The position numbers and the translations under genes were made by a program. From Promethearchaeota archaeon Loki_b32 (lineage in GTDB: Archaea > Asgardarchaeota > Lokiarchaeia > Sigyniarchaeales > SOKP01), in the NCBI GenBank assembly GCA_005223125.1, contig NJBH01000002.1, forward strand, positions 128,001 through 192,000: a stretch of DNA of 64,000 nt, read 5' to 3'. The stretch's first letter is position 1. Every line of letters starts with the position of its first letter. Below the pieces are notes generated by a model. It ran no database searches, was not told the DNA's origin, and saw only the letters and a list, made by a program, of their open reading frames with translations. This document shows positions 9,906 through 19,837 of this stretch, piece after piece.

Positions 9906-11033
9906 ATGCCTGAAAAAAATTCGAATTTTCCAAAGATTAGAAATTTAGTTTTGGATGCTGTAAAGGAAGGTATTAATGAGAAAAAGATTTTTTATGATAT
10001 TTCTCCTAATTGGCATCAATATTTTCATTATGAAAGTAATCCTTTAGACTCATTTACTCCACATGAACCTTTTGAAGACCATCTAAATGAATTATTTGTT
10101 AATAGAGAAGCGGAAATTCATTTAATTTCAAATTATTTTGGAAGTATAAAAACTATTCCATATAACATGCATATCGCAATAATAGGTTCTAAAGGAATAG
10201 GTAAGCATACGACCCTAAAAATAATATGTAAAATCATTCAAGAATCGTTTCCAGAAATATCTTTTGAATATTATAACTTAAAAACAGGTAAAGATTTTAA
10301 AAATAATTCAGATTTAGAAGATTTTGAGTTAAATAATTTAGATAAACAAGAGCTAGATATTCGCCTCATCTCTTGTTCTGGTAAAAATAAGTGGTTGGTT
10401 TTAAAGAGAATTAATAACTATAAGAAGAAAAGTAAAATTTTTTTCACTATCTGGCATACTAGGGATTTTCCTATGAATGAAGGTTTAAAAATAAACAAAA
10501 TCATTTATTTTCGAAATTACAATAAAGAAGTTGTTACTAAAATTTTCGAGCGTAGAATTAAAAAGTTCCTAAATGAGAAAAAAGGAAATAAAAGTTACAT
10601 TAATAGTCTTTACAAGAATCTTCTTCCTTCTATTATCAGTGCATTTCAAGGTAATTTAAAACTTAGTTTTCATTTCTTTAAACAAATTCATCAATTAGCA
10701 AAAATGCAGAATTTAGATGAAATTCCACAATCCTTAATAGAGGAGTTAATGAATAATTATCTATTAATAAAAAGCCAAAAGATTACAAATAAAGAAAAAG
10801 AGATAATTAATTATCTTTTAAATGCTCAAAATGTTAAATTCATCACTACCAGCGATTTAAGAGATGATCTTCAATTTGATCGAACAGTAGCATGGAGATA
10901 CTTAGAGAATTTAACTAAAAAAAACATATTAACACGAGTAAAATACGGAAATCCCTCAAGATATAAAATCAATGACATTTTTCTGAGTTTTTATGAAGAT
11001 GAATTAAAAAATAGAATAATATTTAAAGAATGA
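9906..11033 (+). CDS. P-loop (archaeal ATPase/Cdc6-like) protein with C-terminal winged HTH; probably a degenerate ATPase
   Basis: FVNREAEI, Walker A-like GSKGIGKHT, no clear acidic Walker B; wHTH ITTSDLRDDLQFDRTVAWRYLENL. Confidence 0.65.
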   Translation: MPEKNSNFPKIRNLVLDAVKEGINEKKIFYDISPNWHQYFHYESNPLDSFTPHEPFEDHLNELFVNREAEIHLISNYFGSIKTIPYNMHIAIIGSKGIGKHTTLKIICKIIQESFPEISFEYYNLKTGKDFKNNSDLEDFELNNLDKQELDIRLISCSGKNKWLVLKRINNYKKKSKIFFTIWHTRDFPMNEGLKINKIIYFRNYNKEVVTKIFERRIKKFLNEKKGNKSYINSLYKNLLPSIISAFQGNLKLSFHFFKQIHQLAKMQNLDEIPQSLIEELMNNYLLIKSQKITNKEKEIINYLLNAQNVKFITTSDLRDDLQFDRTVAWRYLENLTKKNILTRVKYGNPSRYKINDIFLSFYEDELKNRIIFKE

Positions 11034-11046
11034 TAAGTGAAACAAC

Positions 11047-11847
11047 ATGCCATTATTGAGAATCTTTCATGATGTATATACCAAATCTGAAATAAGTCGA
11101 ATAGAAGAAAATATTAAAATTAAAAACGAAAATTTTGCTGAATTTGATGAAGAGAAGAAAATATTAAAACCTGGTTTTCGTAAAAGTAAACAAATCTTCA
11201 AACCTACTTCAAAAGGATATTATCTCACGGAATATTTTGAGATTGATAAAAGGTCAATGCCCTCCTATTATACTGAGATGTATTACTTTAAAAACCTGAC
11301 TGAAAAAATCGAATCAGAAGAAAAATTTTATCCCATCCTTATAAAAATCTTATTCAACAGGAAAAAAAAAGTATTATGTTTATATAGTAAACAAATTTTA
11401 AGAAATGATCTTGTTAATAATTTAGTAATCAAATTAAGGAATAAACACGGTTTAGATTTTAAGACACAACCCCAGAATTATATTTTTAAAGAAGATGAAT
11501 TAGATGACCTTGTTGATGCATTAGATATAAAAGACTACACTGCAATTTCTGTCTGGGATAAAGATAATAGGGCGATCTTAGAGAATCCTCAGAAGATTAC
11601 TGAGACTGAAAAGTTTATATCGTTCTTAAATGATACATATAAGGGTAAGTGGCATTACTTAAAAGTACCTTTTGATGAGCTGAATATCGAACTTAAAATT
11701 AATAATAAGACTCAGAAATACATCACTTTTATCAACGATTTTGTTGATGATATGCATTTAACTAATGCAGTAGATTTTTTAGTTTCGAAGATTTTTGAAG
11801 TTGAGGATTTCAGTGGTTCAAAACAAGTATTTATAAATTCATTTTAA
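11047..11847 (+). CDS. Hypothetical protein with a C-terminal PIP-box-like motif
   Basis: 266-aa ORF 13 bp downstream of the ATPase-wHTH gene; ends KQVFINSF. Confidence 0.65.
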   Translation: MPLLRIFHDVYTKSEISRIEENIKIKNENFAEFDEEKKILKPGFRKSKQIFKPTSKGYYLTEYFEIDKRSMPSYYTEMYYFKNLTEKIESEEKFYPILIKILFNRKKKVLCLYSKQILRNDLVNNLVIKLRNKHGLDFKTQPQNYIFKEDELDDLVDALDIKDYTAISVWDKDNRAILENPQKITETEKFISFLNDTYKGKWHYLKVPFDELNIELKINNKTQKYITFINDFVDDMHLTNAVDFLVSKIFEVEDFSGSKQVFINSF

Positions 11848-11948
11848 TGATAATTGAAATTTAATTTATATACATTAAAGAATCTCAGTAAATGGGGATA
11901 TTTTAAAGATGAGATTTCAAATTTTAATTATATATTAAAATAATTGAA

Positions 11949-12584
11949 TTAAATTACTTTTTTATTAAGTTCAATTATTATTTCTTCAATCTTCTCTGTG
12001 TCATTAACAAAATTTTCTTTTTTATCATTCTCATAGATACCATGAATCCCTATTTGATATTTGTTTAGGATAGCAATAAGATCATATTCAGGATTGGTAA
12101 AAAAACATTGAAGGGTGATTAGATCATTTATATCAAAGTAATTTCTTATCATTTTTATTCTTCCTTTAACATAATCTGCCGTTCTATTGAATTCAGGTCT
12201 TCTATTATTCCATTCTCCTTGTTGAAGGATTTCAACTCTCCAAGCATGAGTAATTATTTCACTTCTCTGATTCATTTCATTTAAAAGATTAGAAATATAT
12301 TCTACGATCGTTTTCAAACGCAAGGTTTTATCTCTACTTTTCTTAAAGGAGTTAATATATAGGATAATAAAAGGGCTTATAATAGCAATTATTTGAATTA
12401 ATTCTGAGAACTCAATAAGATTATAACAACTGAATAATATAATTAAACCAAATATAGCTAAACCAATCAAAATGAATCTATAATAAATTTTAAGAATATT
12501 TATTAAATTATAATTCTTTTTTCTATCCTCTTTATGAAGTATTTTTTCTTTGTTATCTGTAGATATTTTGATCACGCCCTCCAA
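11949..12584 (-). CDS. Hypothetical membrane protein (2 N-terminal TM helices)
   Basis: 211-aa ORF with hydrophobic segments FILIGLAIFGLIILF and LIQIIAIISPFIILYI. Confidence 0.55.
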   Translation of the reverse strand: MEGVIKISTDNKEKILHKEDRKKNYNLINILKIYYRFILIGLAIFGLIILFSCYNLIEFSELIQIIAIISPFIILYINSFKKSRDKTLRLKTIVEYISNLLNEMNQRSEIITHAWRVEILQQGEWNNRRPEFNRTADYVKGRIKMIRNYFDINDLITLQCFFTNPEYDLIAILNKYQIGIHGIYENDKKENFVNDTEKIEEIIIELNKKVI

Positions 12585-13317
12585 ATATTAATGCGAATAT
12601 TAGTAATTTTATCTCTTTATTGTATATTTTTCCCTAATGTAATATATTTTTTTTGTATTAGCTTATAATACACACAATAGAAATTTATCTTTTTCCCATT
12701 TTCCTCGATATTTTTTATCTCAAGCTGTATTGCCTCTAACTACTAAGGAAAATGCGATACAACACCCTTTATCACCGTGTGTTGTCCTTTGTCTCGCTGG
12801 TGTCTCTTGTTATACCTAATTAAATAGGAAAAAGGCGAAACGGAATAAAAGAACACCTTAAGAAAGTCTTGATCTTCTTATCTTGCATTTTTTCTTCTTT
12901 TGAGCTTCCATGTGCGAGAAACAATTTCATTACAAAACTTTTTAAAAAATGCGAGCATATAATGGTTAGAAAGAAGTGATTTTACTCCAGATATCTTAAC
13001 TGAATATGAATATATGTCGCTTGTAGGCCTATATAAATATAATTACTTCTTTCTAATAAATTTAGCGGTGAATAATCTAATATTTTGATTTTATAAAAAT
13101 AATGCTTCAAAATCTTAATTATGCTATAAAAATAAATAGAATAAGTCACAGTTCATTAGGATTCAGGCTTTAAAATCCTTTGACACTGTTATATTATTTC
13201 TATTTTTTATTTAAATTAGGATAAATTATAATTTTTTAAAATCCTAAAAAATTATGGATTATAAATTTAAAAGTGACAATGTTTTTAAAAATAATAAAAC
13301 CAAATATAGAATGAATA

Positions 13318-14295
13318 ATGCTAGAAGAAGTAAATTCACATCGAAATATAATTGATTACATATTTCTATTACGGATTATGAAGTTCTCAAAATCAGGGCT
13401 TATTAAATTATTTCAAATTCCTACAATGGAGATATCTCGATTAAAATCCTTAAATAAAGAATTTTTAACTAAGATTCTGCTTACTAAAAAGAAATCAAAC
13501 CTAGAATATTTCAACAAAATTTCAAAACTATATGATTTTAATCCTAACGAAGAGGAATACTCTGAATTGGAGAAATTAGTTAAATATTGCATCCAGAAAA
13601 ATATTACAATTGCAACACCTTTCGATAAAAACATTCCTAAATTGCTTCAAATTTTGCAGCCCGGAAAGCGTGATTTAGTATTTATCAAAGGTCAGATTAT
13701 AGATAAAGATTTAAAATCTTACTCTATATGTGGATCTCGAACGCCAACAAAAGAAGCAATTACTAAGACTCGGCAAATCGCGGAATTGCTAGCTAAATAT
13801 AAATTCACGCTTATAAATGGTTTTGCAAAAGGTATAGATATTGAGGCTTTTATCGGAGCTAATGCGCAAAATGGGAGATATATAGGTGTTTTAGCATCCG
13901 GAGTTGAAAATGTTTATCCTAATGAGAATAAACAATATGTACAGTCAGTTATTAAAAATGGTGCCTTAATATCGCAAAATCTTTTATGGAATCGTATTAA
14001 TAAGTTCGCACTACAAATGAGAAACCGATTTTCTGCACAATTATCATTAGGTAGCATCTTCATTGAAGGTAATTATAGATCAGGAACGATATGGCAATAT
14101 AAATTTGCGAAAGAAATTATGCGCCCTGTATTTTATCTGGAGCCAGAGAATTGGAATCACGATAACACACATATTTTAAAGATTGTTAGGGATGGGGGCG
14201 GAATTGAAATAAAAAATGATCTTAGTAATATCAAAAATATAATTGAGATTTTAGAAAAGGAGTATTCTAAGAGAATGGAGAGCTTTAATGACTAA
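13318..14295 (+). CDS. dprA: DprA/Smf family DNA-processing protein
   Basis: ICGSR, NGFAKGID, GVLASG, VYPNEN, RNRF, EGNYRSGT motifs. Confidence 0.88.
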   Translation: MLEEVNSHRNIIDYIFLLRIMKFSKSGLIKLFQIPTMEISRLKSLNKEFLTKILLTKKKSNLEYFNKISKLYDFNPNEEEYSELEKLVKYCIQKNITIATPFDKNIPKLLQILQPGKRDLVFIKGQIIDKDLKSYSICGSRTPTKEAITKTRQIAELLAKYKFTLINGFAKGIDIEAFIGANAQNGRYIGVLASGVENVYPNENKQYVQSVIKNGALISQNLLWNRINKFALQMRNRFSAQLSLGSIFIEGNYRSGTIWQYKFAKEIMRPVFYLEPENWNHDNTHILKIVRDGGGIEIKNDLSNIKNIIEILEKEYSKRMESFND

Positions 14296-15010
14296 GAAAA
14301 TAAAGTTTGATTTTGGAATATTTAAATGCAGCGAAATTACATTGAATTCAATTCCGCTTATTAAAGGGAGATTCTCGCTAAATATCAATCCCAATTTTTC
14401 AAAAGAATTTAAGAGACCTTTCTGGTTTTATGATTTAACAAAAAGATTAAAAATTGATGAGGTTATTTCTTTGGGTGCATATTATCCCCAGAGGAATTTT
14501 AATAGTGATTTAGAAGGCACTCCTAATCTAAGATATCCTGCATTTTCAGATATTTTGTTCAATTCTAAGTCAGGACCATTGCATAGAGCTCGGAGCGATT
14601 ATATAATAGAGTCCAGAAAGCAGCAATTAAGAATAATTTCAAATTTTTATGCTAATTATTTGAAAAATGTAATTGGATCATTAAATTATAATGAAATAAT
14701 TCCTGTACCTGCTAAATTAGAGTATTCCTATAATTCAGTTGAAATAATTAGTATGGAATTTAGCAATCTTTTTAATATTCCAATGAATATAAGTAGGATA
14801 GCACGAATAGATGATTATACAAAGGAATACTCGATAATATGTGAAAATGATAATTTAAATCAGAGAAGAATATTATTAATAGATGATATTATTACTGATG
14901 GAGAAACTAAAGAGAAAATATTTTTCAGATTGAATGAAAAGGGTTGCAATAATATAGATATGATAACTCTCGCAAGAACGGATCACAATATCTATGAGTA
15001 TAATGAATAA
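14288..15010 (+). CDS. ComF-like phosphoribosyltransferase
   Basis: IIPVP and PRPP-binding loop RRILLIDDIITDGET; overlaps dprA by 8 bp. Confidence 0.82.
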   Translation: MTKKIKFDFGIFKCSEITLNSIPLIKGRFSLNINPNFSKEFKRPFWFYDLTKRLKIDEVISLGAYYPQRNFNSDLEGTPNLRYPAFSDILFNSKSGPLHRARSDYIIESRKQQLRIISNFYANYLKNVIGSLNYNEIIPVPAKLEYSYNSVEIISMEFSNLFNIPMNISRIARIDDYTKEYSIICENDNLNQRRILLIDDIITDGETKEKIFFRLNEKGCNNIDMITLARTDHNIYEYNE

Positions 15011-15354
15011 AAATCTTATTATATAGACTAATATTAGACTCTTAATTGAAGTTATCGAGCATTTAAATTATTTAAAGCTAAAAACCTTAGTATGCGAGTA
15101 TTTGATGCAAACTTTTAGCATAACTTATCATGAGACGTTAATAAGTATAAAGTTTAGATGTTTTCAGATTTATAATTAACCTTTAACGAAATTTCGAGTC
15201 ATATATCTGATATGAATATTTAAAGAATAATCATCGTTATATAACTAAATTTCAAATGATAATTTTTTAAGCTGATATTTTCATCGGATTGGAGTTAAAA
15301 TTCTTTTAAAAATGCATTATATTAAAGAATTAATAAATAAGATTAATATAATAT

Positions 15355-15873
15355 TTGTTAAAATATTTCAATATGATACTGCAAAGTTCATTTGATTGGA
15401 TTGACATTATTTCCAAAATTATTGGCTCATTTATTGCAACAATTTTTACGATAATAGCTTGGTTCATTCTTGAATTCCTTAAAAAAAGAAAAGAGGGAAA
15501 AAAACTTGAAGAAAAAATCCAAGAGCTTTATAAAATTTTTTTAAGTAAAAGGAAAGAAATTCATACAGCTAAGCAGTTAATTAATCTATTTATATACGGA
15601 ATAGGAATTGAAAATACATCTAAAATCTTCAAAATTTCGCCTATACCTATTAAGAATGGATATTTGTTCGAAGGAAGTCTATATGTTTTGAGTATTTCAT
15701 CAACCACATTATCTAATAAAATATATATACACAAAGGTCATGGGATTGGTGTACCAACATATGATTTTGATAGTCCTAACGAAAATGAAGACGTTTTTAA
15801 TGAGTTTATTGAAGATTTTGAAAGAAATTGTGAAGAAAGTAAAATTAAACTAAGTAAAAATAGAAGTAGCTAA
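15355..15873 (+). CDS. Hypothetical protein with an N-terminal TM helix
   Basis: IIGSFIATIFTIIAWFIL followed by basic KKRK. Confidence 0.55.
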   Translation: MLKYFNMILQSSFDWIDIISKIIGSFIATIFTIIAWFILEFLKKRKEGKKLEEKIQELYKIFLSKRKEIHTAKQLINLFIYGIGIENTSKIFKISPIPIKNGYLFEGSLYVLSISSTTLSNKIYIHKGHGIGVPTYDFDSPNENEDVFNEFIEDFERNCEESKIKLSKNRSS

Positions 15874-15884
15874 TCTGTTTAACT

Positions 15885-16766
15885 ATGTTTAATAAAGAAC
15901 TCAAAGATATCACCGAAGAAGATATTTTAAAAATCGAAAAAGATCCAGTTAATTTTGAATCATTTGAAATTGAATATAAAAAACGATTTGATGGAGAAGC
16001 TGGAGAATTAAGAAGGGATGTTATTCAATTTGCTAATGGAAATGTTGTAGGACGTATAATATATGGAATATCAAATGATCCAATAAATGTTATTGGAATA
16101 GAGAAGAGTGAAATAGATATCTTGAAAAACATTTTAAATGATGTTCTTCCCAGAAAAATAGATCCAATCCTATCTCCATTTCCCCAGTATCAAGCTGTTC
16201 CTTTATCAAATGGAAAATATGTTTTTATAATAGAAATATTTCCAAAAAGCTATGGTGTTTATGGTATAAGAGTCCATGAAGATTTAACTAATAGGAATTA
16301 TAAGAGATATGAATTCTATAATCGAATGGATGGAAGTAAACATCAAATGAATATAGAAGAACTTGTTGAATTAATTGAAAGTAAAAGTAGAGGTAAGAAA
16401 AAACATTTAGAAGTTTCAATCCATGGGTTTTTTCTAATAGGCGGATTTGATGATGTTTTCATCTCAGTTAAAGCTGTAAATAAATCAGAAAGACCAATAG
16501 TTGTGACATCATACGGAATTTCTGTACTTGAGAAGGAAAAAGTTGTATATATCTCACCACTACATCCAGAATTAATGGTTTTAAATACAAAACTACCAAT
16601 AAAGTTAGAAGATGGTGAATCTTGTAATGCATATATTGATAGACCTTCTTTTGAAGAAATAATGAAAAAGGAAGGTTGGAGTTATCCAATACAAGTACAA
16701 GGTGTTTTTACCACTAATGATGGTAAGTATTTTTCAGAGGATATTATTTTAAAAGAAATTAAATAA
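15885..16766 (+). CDS. Schlafen/AlbA_2 domain protein with a C-terminal Ig-like beta domain
   Basis: ESFEIEYK, RDVIQFANGNVVGRIIYGI, FYNRMDGS; C-terminal beta-rich domain ISVKAVNKSERPIVV..LPIKLEDGES. Confidence 0.82.
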   Translation: MFNKELKDITEEDILKIEKDPVNFESFEIEYKKRFDGEAGELRRDVIQFANGNVVGRIIYGISNDPINVIGIEKSEIDILKNILNDVLPRKIDPILSPFPQYQAVPLSNGKYVFIIEIFPKSYGVYGIRVHEDLTNRNYKRYEFYNRMDGSKHQMNIEELVELIESKSRGKKKHLEVSIHGFFLIGGFDDVFISVKAVNKSERPIVVTSYGISVLEKEKVVYISPLHPELMVLNTKLPIKLEDGESCNAYIDRPSFEEIMKKEGWSYPIQVQGVFTTNDGKYFSEDIILKEIK

Positions 16767-17110
16767 TAATTAAGTTAATTGCTATTTTTAATGTATAAAA
16801 TTTATTGGATAATAGCTTGAGCAATCCCATCTTTAAAATTAAGTAGATCCGTTTGCCTCCATTTCTTTGAGTAAGATCTAATTTAGATCGTGCTGAGAAA
16901 TCTTACCTATTGGGTATAATTATCTGATTTCTTGAGAAATAATTTTCATAATTCTTTTCATGCAATCATTTAATTTTTATCTTACAGTTTTATTGAATAT
17001 TTATGAATAAAAGATATTTTAATTTCTTGAGTCCTGAATTATTAATGGAAGAATTAAAAAAACCAAGTTAGACATTAATCTTTTTCTCTTTTCTATGAAA
17101 TAAACTATAC

Positions 17111-17515
17111 TCAAAAGAGCAAGGATAAAGACAAGGAAATTACTGAAACAGCCAATGCACTTACGCTAATAATGAAATTAATTTTACTCTCTCTTAAATT
17201 TAGCATTAAACTTACATAGAGCTCTAAGTTCTTTTGTACTTGATCCTTATTATTCCAAACAGTTGTTCTCCCCTGTGAATCATCTGCATCATCCCCCGAC
17301 AGAATTGTCGATTTTTGCTGAATATTATCTATTAATTTTAAAATATCAATATATCCTTTCTTTAACTTTCTTCATTTTGAAGTATATCCTGATAATAAAC
17401 CTGTGATACTTCTAGAAATTTCTAAATAAGCGTCAGCTAAATTAGAGAGGTTTAATCCACTCATTTCTATATATTCTTTTAAAGTCTTTGAAGGTTGAAC
17501 AAGTTTTAAATCCAT
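17111..17515 (-). pseudogene. Disrupted gene for a small C-terminally anchored protein
   Basis: ATG at 17515 (MDLKLVQPSKTLKEYIEM..) reaches TGA after 47 codons. Protein-like reading continues over two frame changes and ends in hydrophobic ISVSALAVSVISLSLSLLF-TGA. Confidence 0.45.
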
Positions 17516-17558
17516 ATTAGTCACTTAAGTTATTTTTGTAAAAAGTTTCAGGTATAAT

Positions 17559-17885
17559 TTAATTTTTATGGTTTCTCAATTTTTCTTCCGGAACTTTAAT
17601 TTCTTTCCCTGATAATGTGATAAGATATTCTATCTCACGATCATCACCAATAAAAACCATGAATCCCGCTTTAATAGCAACATCCATATCATCAGTTATA
17701 AATGTGGCATAATCATCTCCTACTCCATTATTATCATTTAATTTAATACCCCATTCCTTCCATTGCCGAAATTGTTTTGTTAATGACTCAAATGTGTCAA
17801 TAAAATCATCTATCGTAGCGGCATGAGAGGTAATCCACTTATTCCTCCATGTTGATATATATTTTTCCAACGTAATTTTCATCAC
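17559..17885 (-). CDS. Hypothetical protein
   Basis: 108-aa ORF with protein-like composition (WRNKW..DDYA); AGGTGA overlaps the annotated start, so the true start is uncertain. Confidence 0.6.
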   Translation of the reverse strand: MMKITLEKYISTWRNKWITSHAATIDDFIDTFESLTKQFRQWKEWGIKLNDNNGVGDDYATFITDDMDVAIKAGFMVFIGDDREIEYLITLSGKEIKVPEEKLRNHKN

Positions 17886-17941
17886 CTTTAGGTTTTCATA
17901 AAATTTTCAATTTCGGACTTAAATTTTTCTTTTTCTTCCAT

Positions 17942-18304
17942 CTATTTCTTAATTTTTTCGATATTTGTATCATATTCTTCAGCTCGTATATCATCAGACA
18001 AATTATTCATATCTATGGAATCAGCTTCTACGATTTTTTCATTATACATCCCCGGAATGCGTTGATAAATCGCTCGTCTACTATACTTTTCTGCTTTTTC
18101 CACAATATCATTTGCTAAATCAAATAAACCATCTGCTATATATTCTTCACAGGGAATTACAACCCGTTCAAAGAGAAGTGTCGCTTGAACCCAGTTTGGA
18201 TCTTGGTATTCATTCATAGGGTCTTCTAAAAGCTCTCTTATCTGGATTTCGATATACTCCTGAATAAAAGCACAGGCATCATACATTCTATCTAATCCCG
18301 CCAT
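17942..18304 (-). CDS. Hypothetical acidic protein
   Basis: 120-aa ATG ORF, co-oriented with its neighbour. Confidence 0.6.
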   Translation of the reverse strand: MAGLDRMYDACAFIQEYIEIQIRELLEDPMNEYQDPNWVQATLLFERVVIPCEEYIADGLFDLANDIVEKAEKYSRRAIYQRIPGMYNEKIVEADSIDMNNLSDDIRAEEYDTNIEKIKK

Positions 18305-18420
18305 AAATTATTATCATCTCATAATTTTTTCAAATGTTTCTATTATAACTTCAATCAAAAGTATATAAAGAAAAAACAAAATCCTCAAATAATAAAATTT
18401 AATTATTTGGGAGTGTTTTT

Positions 18421-18430
18421 TATTATATAA
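18421..18430 (+). promoter_or_regulatory. AT-rich TATA-like element immediately upstream of the tRNA
   Basis: TATTATATAA 5' of the tRNA; spacing is too short for certainty. Confidence 0.25.
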
Positions 18431-18434
18431 TATT

Positions 18435-18506
18435 GGGCCTATGGATTAGTGGAAGATCGTTCGCTTGGCATGCGAAAGGCCGCGGGTTCAATTCCCGCTA
18501 GGTCCA
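18435..18506 (+). tRNA. tRNA-Ala(GGC)
   Basis: Acceptor stem GGGCCTA/TAGGTCC with the G3:U70 Ala determinant, anticodon arm TTCGC-TTGGCAT-GCGAA, T-arm GCGGG-TTCAATT-CCCGC, discriminator A, no encoded CCA, no intron. Confidence 0.96.
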
Positions 18507-18724
18507 TTTCGGATTCTTATTATTGACAAATATACTCTAAATAAACCAATGAATCTTGTACATTGGTTAAAGTTTAAAAAAAAACCAATAATTTAATTAT
18601 CTAGTCTTAGGGTAAAAAGAAAAAAAGAGAAAAACTTAGAATTTCATCTTATCTTGTTCAATATCAAACATCCAACATTAAACTTCCATCATCAAACTTC
18701 CACCAATAAAAAAAAGGAAAAGAA

Positions 18725-19555
18725 TTAAAGATAATTTCTCTTCCTAGGTAGGCTGAATTGGTAATTATCCAGCATATCATTGAAAAGGTCTTTTCCAAAA
18801 CCCATTTCAAAGCATTCACCATGAATTTCCCTTCCTTCGATGGGACCTCCACTGGTTTTTTTGGCGATTTTATAGTTAAGAGCAAACAATTGTTGGATTT
18901 GTATAAGGAATTCCTTACTCCCACAAGTGATTCTTGAACTCCTAACTTTTCCATCACCGTCATAATAGCCAAGTAAAAATGCTAAATATAGCTCTCGACT
19001 ACTAAGTTTTGGTAATTGAATGGATTTGGATTTTGCTCGCCCAATTATAAACCCATGTTTTTCAAGGTTATTAGTAAATTGGGAATTGAGCAGTCTAATA
19101 CCGACTTTTGTATTGTATCGGTGTTTTTTGTATTTAGGATTGAATCCAATAGCATTAATGAATCGATCTATGAGGATCTCTTCTTTGATGCTAATCTCGA
19201 CTCCAAACCGAATACCATTTTTTTGCATAGACATCCATCCCTCTGCAAATAACCAACCAAGCCAATAAGCTTTTTCTTTGGTGTCAATAACCTTGAAATA
19301 ATCAAGATTAATGTTTGGGTGGAACTTGAAGATATGTTGATATTGTTTTTGAACATTCCCAGGACTCATAATATCACCTCTTTTTTTTAATTTGTATTTA
19401 TAAACCAAGGGAAGAGCCCAACGCCAACCGTGTGAAATAATTGAAGTTAGGGTCTTCCCTTGCTTCAAAATACTTGAGGTGATATTTTGAAGCCACGTAG
19501 AAGATATTACTAAATTTTCTCTTTTTTCTTTTTTAAATCGAGACCTGATAAGCAA
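18725..19555 (-). CDS. Free-standing two-motif LAGLIDADG endonuclease
   Basis: AYWLGWLFAEG and AFLLGYYDGDG motifs; the frame stays open upstream to ATA at 19714, so the start is uncertain. Confidence 0.85.
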   Translation of the reverse strand: MLIRSRFKKEKRENLVISSTWLQNITSSILKQGKTLTSIISHGWRWALPLVYKYKLKKRGDIMSPGNVQKQYQHIFKFHPNINLDYFKVIDTKEKAYWLGWLFAEGWMSMQKNGIRFGVEISIKEEILIDRFINAIGFNPKYKKHRYNTKVGIRLLNSQFTNNLEKHGFIIGRAKSKSIQLPKLSSRELYLAFLLGYYDGDGKVRSSRITCGSKEFLIQIQQLFALNYKIAKKTSGGPIEGREIHGECFEMGFGKDLFNDMLDNYQFSLPRKRNYL

Positions 19556-19837
19556 ATTTTGTGTAGAATCTATTGTTCTACAACACTTTTCAGGGCTCGC
19601 TCGGAAATTATTATATTGAGGGCTATATATTTGAGAATTGATTTTAACCGATTTTACATGGTGAAAATCATCCTCAAACCGATTGGATATTTCAAAATCT
19701 GCTGAAAGCGTTATTTAAAAACCCTAATTGAATAGTTGTCTCAGATTAATTTTTTCCGAGTTGTAATAAAGTAGAAAGAGGAGTATAAAAACACCACAAA
19801 AACAGAAAATATTATTGTAATAATTTTAATTTAGAAA

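Noticed and set aside
17365-17380. In-frame TGA as possible selenocysteine
   Set aside because: No redox-motif context, further frameshifts follow, and no SECIS was recognised; decay is more likely.
18435-18506. tRNA-Ala as an attachment site with a duplicated end
   Set aside because: No second copy of the tRNA end and no integrase seen in the window.
18664-19356. Alternative-frame ORFs overlapping the LAGLIDADG gene
   Set aside because: No motifs; explained by overlap with the real gene.
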